A stretch of DNA of 64,000 bases from Microcystaceae cyanobacterium (GCA_041746575.1 JBGTGT010000115.1:19207-83206); one strand, 5' to 3'. Positions 1 to 10,776 are shown, counted from the first letter of the stretch. A program made the numbers and translations. Notes: generated by a model not told the origin, from the letters alone.

Positions 1-515
1 TTTTTTTCTCTTTTATGATGCCTTAATAGGCGCAAACTGACCCCATAAGTGAGACAACTGGCAATTAAACCCACTAGAAAAGAGCCCCAAAACAGTGTAA
101 TGCCAAAATCGGTGCCTAAATTAGCTAACTCTGACCAAGAATCCCAGTTTTGGTTAAAATTATTTTGGTCTAAAAATAAGGGAGGTTGACCTAAAAACCA
201 TTGACCGATTTTATAGTTAAAAGCAAAGAGGGGTACATAGGTTAAGGGATTACTAATCCATGTGCCTGCTGCTGCTGCTAATTTACTCCCTTTTACCAAA
301 AAGGCCAGGGCAACCCCAATAATGGTTTGTAAGCCAAATAGAGGAAAGCATCCGGCGAAAACGCCCATTGCCAACCCTCTAGCAATGACTTTGGGGTTTT
401 CTCTTAATCGTACCGCTCGTAGATAAAGATAACGTCCCCATCTTTGCCATATCGGTTGAGAACGGGAACGTTTGATTTTAGTAAAGGAACGCTTCTTTTT
501 GCACACAGAAATCAT
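1..515 (-). CDS. DUF2062-family membrane protein (3' end runs off the window)
   Basis: Manual translation from ATG at 515 gives ...YLRAVRLRENPKVIARGLAMGVFAGCFPLFGLQTIIG...AAAAGTWISNPLTYVPLFAFNYKIG, which matches DUF2062 motifs. Not in the ORF track. Confidence 0.85.
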   Translation of the reverse strand, partial: MISVCKKKRSFTKIKRSRSQPIWQRWGRYLYLRAVRLRENPKVIARGLAMGVFAGCFPLFGLQTIIGVALAFLVKGSKLAAAAGTWISNPLTYVPLFAFNYKIGQWFLGQPPLFLDQNNFNQNWDSWSELANLGTDFGITLFWGSFLVGLIASCLTYGVSLRLLRHHKREK

Positions 516-683
516 GGCGGTGATCGGTGAACAGTAAAAAATTACCTAAATTTATTATGTCCTAAAAAAGCAATCTTTACACTTCTTAAAGAGGAGACAG
601 AGGTATCAACGCCTATGGGATAATATAAAAAATGATCACCTCAGCATTTTAGTCAAATTAACGAGTTAACGAGGATTTACCGA

Positions 684-1715
684 ATGAGTCCAACGATTGC
701 CAGTTCTCAATCCGACACGGATAATCGCTACACCCTTCCTCCCGAAAATTCTAGAGAACGTGCCAAGAAGATGGTGCTAGACCTACAAGATGAAATTTGC
801 GCCGGATTAGAACAATTAGACGGAGAAGCAAAATTTCAGGAAGACAATTGGGAACGAGAAGAAGGGGGAGGAGGGCGCAGTCGAGTCATGTGCAATGGCA
901 GGGTTTTTGAACAAGGTGGCGTCAATTTTTCAGAAGTTTGGGGAGATACTTTACCCCTTTCGATTTTAACCCAACGGCCGGAAGCGGCCGGTCATCGCTT
1001 TTTTGCTACGGGAACCTCGATGGTACTGCATCCCTGTAATCCTTATATTCCGACAGTTCACCTCAATTATCGCTATTTTGAGGCAGGTCCAGTCTGGTGG
1101 TTTGGGGGGGGCATTGATTTGACCCCTTATTATCCCTTTGTGGAGGATGTTAAGCATTTTCACCAAACCCTTAAAGACGCTTGTGATCGCCATCATAGTG
1201 AATATTATCCCGCTTTTAAGCGGTGGTGTGACGAATATTTCTACCTTAAACACCGTCAAGAAACCCGTGGCGTAGGTGGCATTTTCTTTGATTATCAAGA
1301 TGGCAATGGCCGTTTGTATCGAGGAACAAATCCTGATGGCGAAGCGGCAAAATATAGTGAGAAAGTTGGCAACGTTCGCCAAACATGGGAAGAATTATTT
1401 GCTTTTGCGCAAAGTTGCGGTAAGGCTTTTTTACCCAGTTATGTTCCCCTTGCAGAGAAGCGTCAAGAGACCGAATACGGTGAACAAGAGCGAAATTTCC
1501 AACTCTATCGACGGGGACGCTATGTAGAGTTTAATTTAGTTTATGACCGTGGGACGATTTTTGGACTTCAAACCAATGGAAGAACGGAATCCATTCTCAT
1601 GTCTTTACCCCCTCTCGTTCGTTGGCAATATAACTATCATCCCAAAGCGGGGACACGGGAAGCACAACTTTATGATACGTTCCTCAAACCCCAAGATTGG
1701 CTGAATTTCAGTTAA
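684..1715 (+). CDS. hemF: oxygen-dependent coproporphyrinogen III oxidase
   Basis: Motifs [56 protein letters not shown]. Confidence 0.97.
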   Translation: MSPTIASSQSDTDNRYTLPPENSRERAKKMVLDLQDEICAGLEQLDGEAKFQEDNWEREEGGGGRSRVMCNGRVFEQGGVNFSEVWGDTLPLSILTQRPEAAGHRFFATGTSMVLHPCNPYIPTVHLNYRYFEAGPVWWFGGGIDLTPYYPFVEDVKHFHQTLKDACDRHHSEYYPAFKRWCDEYFYLKHRQETRGVGGIFFDYQDGNGRLYRGTNPDGEAAKYSEKVGNVRQTWEELFAFAQSCGKAFLPSYVPLAEKRQETEYGEQERNFQLYRRGRYVEFNLVYDRGTIFGLQTNGRTESILMSLPPLVRWQYNYHPKAGTREAQLYDTFLKPQDWLNFS

Positions 1716-1815
1716 GATCGTAAAAGTTTTACTATGGGCGGGGTACCATGATTCGTTTCGGTCATTCTACCCTTTAGCCACCCTACCTGAATCTTACCCT
1801 CTACTTTCTACCTTT

Positions 1816-2541
1816 ATGAGTAACGACTTAGCAACACAATTACGGACAGGAACAGCAAAATCTCACACAATGGCCGAAAATACGGCTTTTATGAAGTGTT
1901 TTCTCAAGGGAATCGTCGAACCCGACCCTTTTCGTCAGCTTTTGGCTAATTTTTACTTTGTTTATTCTACCCTAGAAGCCGAATTAGCACGCCATCAAGA
2001 CCATCCCGTTGCTGGTCAGATTTATTTCCCTCAATTGAACCGAAAAGACCAATTAGCGCAAGATTTAGCCCATTATTATGGGGATAATTGGCAAGATATC
2101 ATTCAACCCTCTGAAACGGGTAAAACCTATGTCGAACGCCTTAAAACCCTATCAGATACCCAACCCGAATTACTGGTTTCTCATGCTTATGTTCGTTACT
2201 TAGGGGATTTATCGGGAGGACAGGGGTTAAAGCGGATTATCCGTTCTGCGATGGACTTACCTGAAGGAGTCGGCACAAAATTTTATGAATTCACAGAATT
2301 TCCTGATTTTGATGCTCAAAAAACTTTCAAAATGCAATATCGAGATACCTTAAATGGACTTCCCGTGGATGAAGCGATGGCGCAAAAAATCGTTGATGAA
2401 GCCAATTATGCTTTTGAATTGAACCAAAATATGATGCACGAATTAGAAGGTGCAGTTCAATCAGCGATTGGCGATGCGAAATTTCAAGCAATTACGGGGA
2501 ATAATCAGGCAGGAAGTACCGAAAAGGTCGGACAAGCTTAA
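1816..2541 (+). CDS. ferredoxin-dependent heme oxygenase, closer to Ho2 type than Ho1
   Basis: SHTMAENTAFMKCFLKG with the proximal His, and RYLGDLSGGQ. The segments PFRQLLAN and KRIIRSAM resemble Synechocystis Ho2 as I recall it. Confidence 0.93.
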   Translation: MSNDLATQLRTGTAKSHTMAENTAFMKCFLKGIVEPDPFRQLLANFYFVYSTLEAELARHQDHPVAGQIYFPQLNRKDQLAQDLAHYYGDNWQDIIQPSETGKTYVERLKTLSDTQPELLVSHAYVRYLGDLSGGQGLKRIIRSAMDLPEGVGTKFYEFTEFPDFDAQKTFKMQYRDTLNGLPVDEAMAQKIVDEANYAFELNQNMMHELEGAVQSAIGDAKFQAITGNNQAGSTEKVGQA

Positions 2542-2639
2542 CAAAAGTAGGAGCTGAAAGGCAGAGGAAGATTGAACCAAGAATGATTATTTTCTAGAGA
2601 ATTCATCTTTCTCCCATTGGCAATTATTGAGATATAACA

Positions 2640-3104
2640 ATGACTGTACCTAACCCTTTAGTTAAATCAAAATCATTTTATGAACAAGATTTTTATGCTT
2701 GGTTAGAAACCACTGCTAATTTACTCAAAAAAAAGCAGTTTGAGTCCATAGATTTAGAGAATTTAATTGAAGAAATTGAAGCGATGGGTAGAAGTGAAAA
2801 AAGAGAAATTAAAACCCGTCTGATTACGATTATTAAACATCTTCTCAGGTTAAAATACTGGCAATCTACCTTAGATTATAATGCCAGAGGGTGGCGCAAC
2901 ACGGTGATAGAACAGCGAGAAAAACTGATCTTCGTTTTAGAAGATAGCCCCAGTTTGAGACAAGAATTAGAGTCCTTTTTCTTAGAGGGATATCAAAAAA
3001 CAGTTCAAAAAATTATTCAGAAATATGATCTCCCTTCCTCAATGTTTCCTGCTGAATCTCCTTTTTCCTTAACTAATATTATCGATTCCGATTATCAGTT
3101 TTAG
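2640..3104 (+). CDS. DUF29 family protein
   Basis: YEQDFYAW, DLENLIEEIEAMGRSEKR, LEDSPSL, FPAESPF. Confidence 0.92.
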   Translation: MTVPNPLVKSKSFYEQDFYAWLETTANLLKKKQFESIDLENLIEEIEAMGRSEKREIKTRLITIIKHLLRLKYWQSTLDYNARGWRNTVIEQREKLIFVLEDSPSLRQELESFFLEGYQKTVQKIIQKYDLPSSMFPAESPFSLTNIIDSDYQF

Positions 3105-3156
3105 ATTTCAGAAAGTACAAAAAGATCTGAGAGGCGGATTAATTATAACGATAACT

Positions 3157-6100
3157 TTACGGTTGACTTACGCCTAATTTCCCACAAAAAGGCAATATTT
3201 CTTGTTTTTCAGGATGGGTAACCAAATAATCTTGTAACCAGTTACATCCCTGCTGTAAAAGTTCTGTAAGATGTTCATATTCTCCTTCCACTGGCCATCG
3301 TTTAATAGTGCCATTACTGTTAATCGTCATCATTTGTTGACCGTGAGGACGAAACGCAATGTCGATAATTTCCTTATCCTTATCCTTGTACTCGCCTCGT
3401 AAATTCCCTTTAATGTCCCATAATCGAGTCGTTCCATCACTTGACCCCGTGGCAATCTGTTGACCATCAGGACTAAACTGAATGGAAGATACCGGAAACA
3501 AATCCCCTTGTAAGGTTTTGACTAATTTTCCTTCTAAATCCCATAATTTAGCGGTACCATCCCGTGAGGCGGTCAATACCAACTGACCATCGGGACTAAA
3601 CTGAACTTGCGTAACAATATCATCGTGGCCGCTTAATTCGGTCTGTAAATTCCCTTGTAAATCCCAGATTTTACCCGTTTTATCTTGGGAAACTGTGGCA
3701 ATTCTCGCTCCTTTGGGGTCAAAAGCTACGCCGTACACACGGTCATCATGAGCATTAATCACTTGTAATGTTTGTTGAGATTGAATATTCTCGATCCATA
3801 CCTTGCCATCTTTGGCCGCGATCGCTAATAATTGTCCATCAGGACTCATATCGACTCCGTAAACCCTCGACCCATTGCCGGCAAATTTAGCAATTTCTCG
3901 ACCTTTTAGATCCCATAACTGAGTGATGCCATCTCCAGCGGCTGACGCTAGTATTTTCCCCTCTTGACTAAAGCGGAGATCATAAATCCAACTATGGTCT
4001 GTTTCCCATTGTCGCAAAAATTGACCTTTTTCGTCCCAGAGGGAAAGATTTCCACCTTCCGTCGCCATGGCTATCATCCCTTGAGCTGCATTCATTGTCC
4101 CGTCAGTAACACGACGATTAACCGTTGAGACTTCATTTTGCGAGGGTGTCCCTAAATCCCACTGCTTCACTAATCCATCTTGAGAAACAGTAAACACTTG
4201 TTGTTCTCGTATCACGACATCACTAACCGGTTCTTGACTAACCGATAAAATGGCAACAGCATGACCCTTATTATCCCAAATTCTAGCTGTTCCGTCACTG
4301 GATGCTGAAACCAGATAATTTCCATCAGCACTAAAGCGAACTCGAAAGACAGACTTTTGGTGGCCTTGTAAAGTTTGTAATTGCTTTGTTCGGATCGTCC
4401 ATACTTTCACCGTTCCATCTTTAGCGGCGGCCGCAATTTTTTCACCGTTGGGATGCAAGGCAACACTGTATAAAGGGGTGTTATTTGCGCTAAAAGTCGC
4501 CAGTAATTTGCCGTTTAAATCCCATAATCTTGCAGTTCCATCCCTCGAAGCGGTGGCGATCTGTTTTCCATCCGCACTAAAAACCGCATCATCCACTGAT
4601 TTTGTATGACCTTGTAATAGGGCAATCGTTTCCCCTGCTAAATTCCAGATTCTCGCAGTTTGGTCTTGGGACGCTGTCGCCAATAATTGAGCATCTGGAC
4701 TAAAAGATAGGCGATAAACCGCTTTTTGATGCCCTTTAAAGGTTCTTAATAACTTCCCTGACAAATCATATAACTTTGCTGTGCCATCATCCGAGGCAAT
4801 CGCCAAGGTTTGACCCGTGGGACTAAAGGTGACATCATAAAGCAAGTTAGGGGTTTGCGTCAAAATACCCTGAAGACGACCTTGCTGATGCCATAACTTC
4901 ACACTGCCATCCCAAGCCGTTGTCGCAAAAATTTGACCGTCGGGACGGAGACTGATGGCGGTGATAGTATCTTGATGAGCTTCTATATTATTTCTTAGTT
5001 TAATATTATTTAAAATTTGCTGTAGTGCCAAAATAGGCGTTGTCGTCGGATAATCTTCTAAGGTAAGGTCGGGACTCACTAAGGATTTTAGGTCGTTTCC
5101 AGCTTGCAAAGCAGAAATTAGGCTATTGATTTGATTGAATTGAAAATTTTCTAGAGAATTATTTGCTTCTGTCTGAATTTCTGTTCCTCTTTGGGAAATT
5201 CTTGCTTTTCGTTCTGCCCCAAAAAAACTTACCAAAGAAAGAAGAAGAAAACTAATCCCTAAAATATAACTAATTCTAATAAATCGTTTCGCTTTACGAT
5301 TGGCTTCTGCTAAAATTTCATTACTTTGATCAATATCTCTTCTTTCTAAGGTTTGACTATCATTTAAAAAGCGATAATCAACAGAACTTAAATTTTTGTC
5401 CTTTGACCAAAATAAGGCATCTTGTAAGGCATTTCCCCGCAATAAACGGGATCTATCCTGACAGTTTGAGGCAATCCAAGCATCAATGGCTTCAGAATAA
5501 GGACGAATTTTTTCTAATTGTTGATTAACCCAATTTAGGTTAAAAACACTCTGATAAATTTGATTATAAGGAACGAGGTTATCTTGTTGTTTAACCACTA
5601 ACCCCGATAGTCTTAATTCGGTTTGTTCGGGGCTATCGTCTGCTTTAATAAATCCTTCCTGTAAAATATGTTGATAAATTCCTAATAATCTCCCTGCTTT
5701 TTGCTCCAGTCGAAATAAGCGATCTCGAATGGTTCTTAGGTGAACAGGCTCATCTTGAGATTCCCAATGATTAATAATATTTTTTTGAATCATTTTTTCA
5801 ATAAATTTTTTTTCATCATTTGGCAAAATATTTTGTTTATGACTTAACAATAAATCACAGACCTTTTGCGTCAAAAAAGGTTGGCCTCCCGTCCAATACA
5901 AAATTTCTTGCAAAACCCTTTTAGGGTGATCTAAAAGAGAAAACAATCCCTGTTCTAGAGGTTCAGTTTCTGATAAGGTAAATCCCGTTAATTCAATGGC
6001 TGTTCCAATATTAAAAGGCGTTTGAGTTTTATCCCGAATCAAATCAGAAGGCGTAGCAACCCCAAATAAGGCAAAGGTTAAACGATAATAACGTTCATCT

Positions 6101-6618
6101 TCTGCTCGTTGATTATAACAATAACGAATTAAGGTAAAAAAATCGTCTGAAGAAAACGGTAAGCTTAAAACTTTATCAATTTCATCGATAAAAATAAAAA
6201 TCTTTTCTTGAAAACAATATTCTAAGATAACCTCTTCTAAAAAGTCTCTTAATTTTTGAATAGGAGAGACTTCTTCTCGTTCTTTGAGCCAAGCTTTGAG
6301 ATTTATTTTACCCACTAAATTCAAGCCTAAAAACAACTGAGAAATTAAACCTCCATACCACTGAGATTGACTAATATCACTGCCTAAACTGCTAATATCA
6401 ACTGAAGTACAGGCCATTCTTTTTTCTTGTAATTGGTGCATGGCTTGCACTCTTAAACTCGATTTTCCCATCTGACGACAGTTGAAAACATAACAGAATT
6501 TACCTTGTTCTAATGCGTTTAAAAGGTTTTTATCTGCACTTCTTTTCACATAAGTCGGGTGATTAAACGATAAGCTTCCGCCGACTTTATAATTGTATTG
6601 AGATTGATTTATCGTCAT
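3157..6618 (-). CDS. AAA_35-type (STAND-like) NTPase + TM helix + WD40 repeat protein
   Basis: YKVGGSL, Walker A RQMGKSS, Walker B IFIFIDEID, WTGGQPFLTQK, a hydrophobic segment ILGISFLLLSLVSFFG, then about 14 GH...WD-type repeats. ATG at 6618 preferred over the TTG at 6657. Confidence 0.9.
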   Translation of the reverse strand: MTINQSQYNYKVGGSLSFNHPTYVKRSADKNLLNALEQGKFCYVFNCRQMGKSSLRVQAMHQLQEKRMACTSVDISSLGSDISQSQWYGGLISQLFLGLNLVGKINLKAWLKEREEVSPIQKLRDFLEEVILEYCFQEKIFIFIDEIDKVLSLPFSSDDFFTLIRYCYNQRAEDERYYRLTFALFGVATPSDLIRDKTQTPFNIGTAIELTGFTLSETEPLEQGLFSLLDHPKRVLQEILYWTGGQPFLTQKVCDLLLSHKQNILPNDEKKFIEKMIQKNIINHWESQDEPVHLRTIRDRLFRLEQKAGRLLGIYQHILQEGFIKADDSPEQTELRLSGLVVKQQDNLVPYNQIYQSVFNLNWVNQQLEKIRPYSEAIDAWIASNCQDRSRLLRGNALQDALFWSKDKNLSSVDYRFLNDSQTLERRDIDQSNEILAEANRKAKRFIRISYILGISFLLLSLVSFFGAERKARISQRGTEIQTEANNSLENFQFNQINSLISALQAGNDLKSLVSPDLTLEDYPTTTPILALQQILNNIKLRNNIEAHQDTITAISLRPDGQIFATTAWDGSVKLWHQQGRLQGILTQTPNLLYDVTFSPTGQTLAIASDDGTAKLYDLSGKLLRTFKGHQKAVYRLSFSPDAQLLATASQDQTARIWNLAGETIALLQGHTKSVDDAVFSADGKQIATASRDGTARLWDLNGKLLATFSANNTPLYSVALHPNGEKIAAAAKDGTVKVWTIRTKQLQTLQGHQKSVFRVRFSADGNYLVSASSDGTARIWDNKGHAVAILSVSQEPVSDVVIREQQVFTVSQDGLVKQWDLGTPSQNEVSTVNRRVTDGTMNAAQGMIAMATEGGNLSLWDEKGQFLRQWETDHSWIYDLRFSQEGKILASAAGDGITQLWDLKGREIAKFAGNGSRVYGVDMSPDGQLLAIAAKDGKVWIENIQSQQTLQVINAHDDRVYGVAFDPKGARIATVSQDKTGKIWDLQGNLQTELSGHDDIVTQVQFSPDGQLVLTASRDGTAKLWDLEGKLVKTLQGDLFPVSSIQFSPDGQQIATGSSDGTTRLWDIKGNLRGEYKDKDKEIIDIAFRPHGQQMMTINSNGTIKRWPVEGEYEHLTELLQQGCNWLQDYLVTHPEKQEILPFCGKLGVSQP

Positions 6619-6859
6619 AGCGTCAAATGCGTGATGGGGATTATTAAGGTTTGGCAAAATGATTCTCGCAACTAGCCTCCTGTAAAGATTATAAGCTTTA
6701 CCCTATAAAACTGAAGAACCACCCCTTCACTGGGTCTGAATAAGATATTCTTAATCCTGAATATTTACCTGATGATACCCATTAATGCGGCTATTTGTGA
6801 TGCTATGGAGTGTAGAATCAGTAATTGATTAGAAATTGTGCAGACCTGTAAATAAGCTC

Positions 6860-7831
6860 TTAACGACTCACTATTAAAATCCATTCTCCTTGAACTTCAA
6901 CTACTATATTACCGCTCAAAGAAGACGTCTTACTTCGATTCGGAGCAAAAATTAAATTCACTACCGCTTCAATTTGCTCAAAATTGGGTTTCTTGGCTAA
7001 ATACTGTCCTAAAAATTGGCGTATTATTCGCCGTTGTATCGCTAAAGGGACGTTTTTTAATAACGTTCGATTCAATCTTTTTTCATCCTTTGAGAGTACC
7101 TTAACTAACCCTTGAGAAGCGATTAATTCTAAATATTCAACTTCTGCCTGCAAAATTTCCGCCGTTTGATTCAAAACTGTTTCCACTTGAGGATTTAGGT
7201 GAGTTTTCACATAGGGAATTACTTCTTTTCTAAGACGATTTCGAGCATATTTTAAATCATGATTTACCCTATCTTCCCAAATTGGTAACTGAAACTGCTG
7301 ACAAAATTCCCAAGTTTGCTGACGAGAAACCGCTAATAAAGGGCGAACTAAGCTAATATCAGGAGTTAACGGTCGATGCCACGTTAAAGCTTGCATTCCG
7401 TCCATCCCCGATCCCCTAATTAAATTATAAAGGAGCGTTTCACTGCGATCGCTTTGGGTATGAGCCACTGCCACTGCTTGAAATGCTCCCTCCATTGCCA
7501 TCTCAATTAACGCCTGATAACGCCATTTTCGAGCTTCTGCCTCTTTTTCTTTGAGACCAATAGCATTTTTGACGTAAAACGGTATTCGGAAGCTGTCAGA
7601 CACTTTTTTAACGTGATCCGCCATTCCAGCATCCCATTGCCAACCGTGATCACAATGGGCAACCCCTAGCTTCCATCCCCATTTTGACTGTAAATCAGCC
7701 AATAACTTAAGTAAGCAGAGAGAATCTTGCCCTCCAGATACAGCAACTAAGACAGAAGTCTGCTTGGGTAACAAGACTCGTTGACGCAGGGTAGTATGAA
7801 TCAAAGCATGCAGTAACGTCCAGTCAGTCAA
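6860..7831 (-). CDS. tilS: tRNA(Ile)-lysidine synthetase
   Basis: PP-loop VAVSGGQDS, AHTQSDRSET, RPLL, RNRLR. Confidence 0.95.
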   Translation of the reverse strand: MTDWTLLHALIHTTLRQRVLLPKQTSVLVAVSGGQDSLCLLKLLADLQSKWGWKLGVAHCDHGWQWDAGMADHVKKVSDSFRIPFYVKNAIGLKEKEAEARKWRYQALIEMAMEGAFQAVAVAHTQSDRSETLLYNLIRGSGMDGMQALTWHRPLTPDISLVRPLLAVSRQQTWEFCQQFQLPIWEDRVNHDLKYARNRLRKEVIPYVKTHLNPQVETVLNQTAEILQAEVEYLELIASQGLVKVLSKDEKRLNRTLLKNVPLAIQRRIIRQFLGQYLAKKPNFEQIEAVVNLIFAPNRSKTSSLSGNIVVEVQGEWILIVSR

Positions 7832-7970
7832 TTCGATTTTGGGTTATTTTTGATAGTTTCCATGTGCCCGTTAAAGAAAGCAGGATATAAAAGGTAATCA
7901 GCAGAAAAAACGAAGAATCTAGCCTAATTCTGACGGTAACTCAAACGCTTCTCTTCTGCCTCCTACTTGT

Positions 7971-8993
7971 TTAAAAAAACCAACCATAGGAATGTAAACC
8001 CTTTCCAAGCAAATTTACACCTAAATAGCAAACCCAGACGACGACAAAGCCACTAGCCGCTAAAATCGCCGGTTTACGCCCTTGCCATCCTTTGGTAATA
8101 CGAGCGTGAAGATAGGCGGCAAACACTAACCATGTGATTAATGCCCACGTTTCTTTGGGATCCCAACTCCAATAAGACCCCCATGCTTCATTCGCCCATA
8201 CCCCTCCGGCAATGATACCAATGGTTAACAGAGGAAATCCAAGACCAATGATACGGTAGCTAATATTATCAAGCGTTTCCGCTAATGTTAACTTTTGAGG
8301 TGATAATTCCACCACTTGCGCTAATTTTTCTGTTTTCTTGCCGTTTAAAACTGCAACATTGCCCCCACCGTTGTTATCATTCACCGTAGAAAAAGCCTCG
8401 TCAGGAGACGAGAAGGAAGATTCGGGAGTGCTAGAATACCTCTGAAGGCGATAACTGCCGGTTCCGACTGAACTGCCCCGTAATTCCACCGTTTGACCTC
8501 TGGTGACGATCAAAAAAGCGATCGCTAAAAGAGAACCCACCATTAAGGCGGCATAACTCAGCATCATTACGCTAACGTGCATCATTAACCAGTTTGATTT
8601 TAAGGCAGGAACAAGAGGAGCAGAGCTTTGCATATCAGAAGGCAAGGTTAACGCCGCAAAAGCCGTAATTCCCATCGCAACTGGCGTTGTTACCGTCCCT
8701 ACTAAGCGACTACCACTCATTTTCTCGGCAATAAGATGAACTGCCGTAATCCCCCATGCAAGGAAGAAAAGAGATTCATAAAGGTTACTAATGGGAAAAT
8801 ATCCAGCTTCTATCCATCGGGCAACTAATAACCCAGCAATAGAAAGATTAGCAATGCCTACGCCTGTTGTACCGAGCTTGGGTAAGTAAGCCAGATTTGG
8901 AAAGGCAGCACCTGCCCAATAAATAAGCATTGTCACAAATAAGACTAAAAATGAAGTATTATCTAAAAAATTTTCGAGGGTAACTAAGTTCAT
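7971..8993 (-). CDS. ccsA: cytochrome c biogenesis protein (system II, CcsA/Ycf5)
   Basis: [20 protein letters not shown]-domain motif [24 protein letters not shown]. Confidence 0.96.
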   Translation of the reverse strand: MNLVTLENFLDNTSFLVLFVTMLIYWAGAAFPNLAYLPKLGTTGVGIANLSIAGLLVARWIEAGYFPISNLYESLFFLAWGITAVHLIAEKMSGSRLVGTVTTPVAMGITAFAALTLPSDMQSSAPLVPALKSNWLMMHVSVMMLSYAALMVGSLLAIAFLIVTRGQTVELRGSSVGTGSYRLQRYSSTPESSFSSPDEAFSTVNDNNGGGNVAVLNGKKTEKLAQVVELSPQKLTLAETLDNISYRIIGLGFPLLTIGIIAGGVWANEAWGSYWSWDPKETWALITWLVFAAYLHARITKGWQGRKPAILAASGFVVVWVCYLGVNLLGKGLHSYGWFF

Positions 8994-9095
8994 ATCTTCT
9001 CAATGTACTGAACGGGTCATCTTCTGTCGATCATATCCCACTTCTGAATCCCTCCTCATTTCGAATTTTGTCGTTGACATGGATCACATTCTGCC

Positions 9096-9122
9096 AAAAA
9101 AAGGAGGCTCAGCATTCCTCCC
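9096..9122 (-). terminator. probable intrinsic terminator of the PEP-CTERM gene
   Basis: Minus strand reads ggagg-aatgctgag-cctcc followed by T7. Confidence 0.5.
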
Positions 9123-9151
9123 ATTTTGCTTCAAGATGATTAATATCTAAA

Positions 9152-9955
9152 TTATGAATCGGTTTTTCGACGTTTTAGCCCGAAGCTTAACGCACACATA
9201 CTAATAATGCCAACGAGGGAGGAAGATTCGGGAACATCCTGCGGATTAGGATTGGGGGGAGTAACAATTCGTTGAACCTTAGCGGCGATCGCTCCTTGGT
9301 ACTCATCGAAACCGGCTAACTGAACGATAAAACCGCGCTCAAGGGGATTGGGCAAATTGTTAGGATTATTGGTTGAAAAAGCAGGTTGAGGATAAACAAC
9401 GGCATTGAGATAGCTTTGGTTAAAATTACCAATCGCTTCAGCACTAATACTATCCCAACCAGCCGTAACTGCCGTGTTTCTGACAGCAACTGGATCGCCG
9501 CTAGAAAAACCATCCGTTGTAATATTGATCAAACTGCTATCCCCGAAACCCACACCGGAAACTAAGGACGTCAGCAAGGCAACACCCGAACCGATGTTAG
9601 TGTTGCCTCCGCTGTAAGGATCATTGATAATGGCGGCTTTTACGCCTGCTAGTGTACTGGCATCCAGAATCGTCGGGCTAACAATCGTGCTAGCAGAAGA
9701 ATCAAACGATACAACCGAAACTCGATATTGATTAATCCCTGTCAGTGGGATCAAGTCGAGGGCATTTGCTAAACCCTGTTTAACAAGATTGTAGTTATTG
9801 GAACCCACACTGCCCGATTCATCGAGGGCAAAACCGAGATCAATAATCGCTGACTGAGCGGCACCTGCACTTAAAACGAGACAAATGGCGGCTAAAGGAA
9901 GAGAAGATGTCCACTTTGGGTAGCTGATCCTAAGAAAAGATAAGGAATGAATCAT
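9152..9955 (-). CDS. vWA-domain PEP-CTERM surface protein
   Basis: Signal peptide ending AAQS-A, MIDAS motif LDESGSV with TNIG and ITTDG, C-terminal VPESSSLVGIISMCALSFGLKRRK. Confidence 0.88.
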   Translation of the reverse strand: MIHSLSFLRISYPKWTSSLPLAAICLVLSAGAAQSAIIDLGFALDESGSVGSNNYNLVKQGLANALDLIPLTGINQYRVSVVSFDSSASTIVSPTILDASTLAGVKAAIINDPYSGGNTNIGSGVALLTSLVSGVGFGDSSLINITTDGFSSGDPVAVRNTAVTAGWDSISAEAIGNFNQSYLNAVVYPQPAFSTNNPNNLPNPLERGFIVQLAGFDEYQGAIAAKVQRIVTPPNPNPQDVPESSSLVGIISMCALSFGLKRRKTDS

Positions 9956-10126
9956 TTTTTGACCTTGTATTTCAGAGTAGTAATTGTGTAAGTAAAATCT
10001 ATCAAATGTATGTTACGAGAGGATTTCTTATTTGTCAAGATTATTGCGTAGGTAAAAGTTCGGGTCTATGCCTTAAGCGTTGGATATTATTACATACGAG
10101 TTAAGTTAAGAATTGTAACAATATTG

Positions 10127-10262
10127 ATAGGGGCGCAAGGTTTACGCCCAATGCACCCAAAAAGATCCATGATTGAGCGGGTTGCGCCCAATGCACCCAA
10201 AAAGATCCATGATTGAGCGGTTTGCGCCCAAAAAGATACATGGTTGATCGGGTTGCACCCAG
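10127..10262. repeat. REP-like palindrome followed by a short tandem array (two 40-bp units plus one degenerate 31-bp unit)
   Basis: 10141-10180 and 10181-10220 are nearly identical (cgcccaatgcacccaaaaagatccatgattgagcgg). A third unit reads gcccaaaaagatacatggttgatcgggttgc. Confidence 0.85.
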
Positions 10263-10326
10263 AGATGTACGATATAAAAATTAGTCTATGCTGAAATCGA
10301 AAATATACAGAATTTTAAGATAAACC

Positions 10327-10776
10327 ATGCCAAATTCAGCAATTTTACCCGCCATCAGTCACCTTTTTTTTCTGATTTTTGCTCAATTCTCTCTCAATTT
10401 AACGCCTAATCAAATCCAGCAATTGGAACAATTTGACAGACATCGTCCTGTAACCAATACAGGTTCCTTGCTCGGTTATCTAATCATGGCTTATTTTGCA
10501 TGGACAATCTTTAAAAAGTTAAATGTTGAAAGGGCTTGGTTTGCATGGATTCCCATTTTAGGATTTTATATTACCCTTGTGGCAGGAGATGAAGAAAATC
10601 CAATTCTTTGGACGATTTTACTCTTTATTCCCTGTATTAATATTATCGCTATCTTTATGTTTATCAAAGCTTGGAGCAAAATTTGTCAAAAATTGGGTAA
10701 ATCGCCTTGGTTACTGTTGCTCTGTGTGATTCCTTGTATCAATTTTCTCGTTTTAGCTTATCTTGCTTTTGGTTAA
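10327..10776 (+). CDS. small multi-pass membrane protein (DUF5684/DUF805-like)
   Basis: IFKKLNVERAWFAWIPI, KLGKSPW and repeated IPCIN motifs in hydrophobic helices. Confidence 0.7.
   Translation: MPNSAILPAISHLFFLIFAQFSLNLTPNQIQQLEQFDRHRPVTNTGSLLGYLIMAYFAWTIFKKLNVERAWFAWIPILGFYITLVAGDEENPILWTILLFIPCINIIAIFMFIKAWSKICQKLGKSPWLLLLCVIPCINFLVLAYLAFG

Noticed and set aside
10114..10130. NtcA-like site tgtaacaatattgata
   Set aside because: Does not match GTA-N8-TAC fully; too weak to call.
10141..10262. Repeat cluster as a mini CRISPR array
   Set aside because: The units are contiguous tandem copies with no unique spacers, and no cas genes are in the window.
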